Shown here: piece after piece, positions 49,001-52,000 of the stretch
How the letters are laid out: the number at the start of each line of letters is the position of its first letter
Numbering within the stretch: the stretch's first letter is position 1
Source: Opitutales bacterium
GTDB lineage: Bacteria; Verrucomicrobiota; Verrucomicrobiia; Opitutales; Seribacteraceae
Length of the DNA: 64,000 nucleotides
Assembly (NCBI GenBank): GCA_038105525.1
Contig: JAYOCQ010000008.1
Span: 10,509 to 74,508, forward strand
Direction of reading: 5' to 3'
Made by a program: the position numbers and the translations under genes
Notes under the pieces: model-generated
The model's database searches: none
What the model was told of the DNA's origin: nothing
Seen by the model: the letters and a program-made list of their open reading frames with translations, nothing else

Positions 49001-52000
49001 ATCGAACCGGTGCTCTTCCCCTTCGGATCGTGGGTCCACCTCATTCTCTGGTGGGATGGGAACAAGCTGAAGTTCTTCATCAACAACGTAGAAACCACCT
49101 CCTCGATCAACGCCAAAGGGGCGGTCAGCGGGGATGAAATCATTTTCCTTGGCGGACAAGAGGAGCTTGGCTCGGGATCCTACGTTGGAGCGATGGACGA
49201 CTTCCGCTTCTATGCCCACGCCATTTCTCCGCTGGAAAGGGATGATGCTTACCTTGGCGTGGGATCGCCCTTGGTAACCTACTATGCGGATGATTTCTCC
49301 TTCCAGATTGAAACCCTGCGCGGCCCGACCGACTACAACGCATCTGGCCTTCCTCCGGGATTGGAAATCGATCCCAAAAGCGGAATCATCTTCGGGGCTT
49401 CCGAACAAGTCGGAGACTTCAACGTCACTCTCTCCGCTTGGAATTCATCCGGACGAGACGATGAAAACGTCACCTTTTACGTTCATCCCGGAGAGCAAAG
49501 CATACTAGCATCTGAAATTGGATTGCTCCGCTATGGAGATCCTCCGATCGACCTGAACTGGACTGCAACCTCCGGGCTCCCCGTTCAAATCGAAATTCTC
49601 GAAGGCAACCAATCGGTAGACCTGAACGACACCGTGATGCCTTGCTCGCTGACCATCCTTCGACCGGGGTTGGTAAAACTCCAAGCCACTCAACCCGGGG
49701 ATGGAAACAGCACCTACGCCCCGGCGGAAAAGATCATCGCCGAATTTATCATTGCCAAGAGAGAACTGCTTGTTCAGGTGCATGATCAATACCGCAAGAC
49801 CACCGAGCCGAATCCCGAACTCACCTATGATTTGAGAGGGTTCGTTCTTCCCGACGACGAATCGATCTTGGATCAGAACCTCAGTGTAAGCGTGAGCGTG
49901 GGAGACGGATCTGCGGAAAATCCGTCGGCAGTGGGCGAGTACCCGATTCAAGCCGGCGGAAGTTCCTCGGATTTGTACTTCCTCAGCTACGTCGACGGCA
50001 TTCTTACGGTCAGCGAAAAAAGAAGACAGGAGCTTGTCTTTGATCAGAACCTGTCTTCCGTTTCTTCCTTGTCTCCTCCCTTTGTCCTGACCGGAGAATC
50101 CATCGATGCCGATACCAACGAATCAACCGGTCTTCCTCTGTATTACGAAATCGATGATTCTTCCGTCGCCCGCTTGACCGTCACCCGAGAGGACGCCCTG
50201 CGCTCACACTGGAAATTCAACGAATCCAAGTATGCCGAGGCCCGGGACGAAAAAGCCCGCAATTCCGGCACCCTGCTCGCATTGCCGGTTGTGGGCGAGG
50301 ACAAGGCCTGGCATTCAGGCCTTTTCGGCAATGCCGTTCATCTTGACGGGGAAGACGGGCGAGTGAATTTCGGCGCCTTGCAATTGGATGGAAACCTGAC
50401 TTTCTCGCTTTGGGTAAAGCCCGATGATAACACCACTTCGGCGGGAGAAATGGAACTTTTATCCAAGCGAGGCATAGCCACCATGAACCATTTCCGTCTC
50501 TTCAAAAGAGATGGCAACGGAAGCCTAGGCTTGCAATTCTTTCCCGACGGAAACGCGTCCGACACTCAAATCGTTTTCTTCGAGGAGGAAGTGTTGCAGG
50601 ATGGAAACTGGACGCACCTTGCCTTTTCCTACGACAACCGCATGGGGACCATCCGACTGTACGCAAACGGCGTTCTTGCAACTCAAAAAACGGGCTTGTT
50701 GGAAACCAACGGCTCCCTGCCTTACGGCTTTCGCTTTTGCGAGTTGGTCGTCGGTGGCGCCGCTTCTTCCTTCTTGGGAACAATCGACGACTTGAGGTAT
50801 TATCAGGTCGTACTCAAACAAAGCGAAATCAACCAGATTTACGGCCAAGGCGGAGGAGACTATCAAACCCTTGAAGTCATCGGTTTCGGCAAGACAAGAA
50901 TAACCGCAAGACAAAACGGCAGCGAGTCCTACGAAAAGGCGATTCCCACGCATACTTACCTATCGGTGGTCAAAGCCCCTCAATCGATTGATTTCAACGA
51001 ACTGTTGGATCGGTCGGTCGGAGACTTCCCGTTCACCCTAGAAGCCAACGCCACCTCCGGTCTTCCCGTGAGCTTCACCCTTTCCGATCTTTCACTGGCC
51101 AGTTTGAAGGGGGATGAAGTATTCGTCAGAAACGCGGGAGAACTAACGGTCACCGCCAAGCAGTCCGGAGACTCGGTATACGACCCGGCAGAACCCGTAT
51201 CCAGAACCTTCTCCATCGGTTTCGGGAATCTTTTCTCCGACTCGATCCCCCATCTATCGCTGTGGCTCGATGCAGTGGACGTCAACTTCGACAACTTGAA
51301 GGACGAGGAAAGCGATTTTCTTTCAGGCGATCTCATCAGCCTATGGGCAGATAAATCCGGAAATCACAATAGCCCCGTCCAGGCAACGAACGAGCGTATG
51401 CCCAAATGGAAACCCCATCAAATCAGAGACAAAGCGGTCGTCGAATTCTCCTCCGATGCAAATCAATCCCTCTCGCTCCAACTGCCCATCGACAGTCCTA
51501 CCATGACCATGCTGGTGCTTCGACAATCACAAAGCGCAAGGTCACGATTTTTTGGAGGTGATCTATCCGTCGCCTCTCCTACCGGCGCATACGAAATGAA
51601 ATACAACGGAGGCAACCCATTGATCTCCTCCTCTCACTTGAGCAGTTCCCTGACGATCGTGGCTCTGGGCACCTCGCCCAACGCTCAAAACCTCTGGATC
51701 AACGGGGATTTGATCGGTTCCGGCTCAAGCTCGGCAATTCCTCAGGCTTACGATCGAATCGGCAACGAGTTTTCCGGTCAGATCGCCGAAGTTCTGGTTT
51801 TCGAGGATTTCGTCAATTTCTTCAACAGGCAGAAAATCGAAGGCTACCTCGCCCACAAGTGGGGATTGAACGACTCCCTCCCCGCCTTCCACCCCTATTT
51901 CCTCGTTCCGCCCAGTTTCGGAGGAGATCAAACCATCAGCTGGTTCGGAGTTGAAACAAATTCCTCAACCGGCACTCCCCAATTGCCGGTCAAGGCGGCA

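Larger units (their letters stand above)
8171..51925 (+). repeat. Dispersed protein-level repeat: 18 copies of a ~200-260 aa 'LWLDA.D...WxDKSG...EGYLAHKWGL' LamG-like module
   Basis: C-terminal motif or variant at 8816, 12614, 15530, 16148, 19352, 22142, 28385, 29531, 33971, 34955, 36152, 36758, 42338, 44132, 45842, 47006, 47888 and 51839. Confidence 0.85.

Noticed and set aside
12614-51862. Recurrent GAAGGxTACCTCGCTCACAAxTGG as a CRISPR or REP-type DNA repeat
   Set aside because: Always in one reading frame encoding EGYLAHKW, varies at third positions, irregular kb-scale spacing, and no cas genes.
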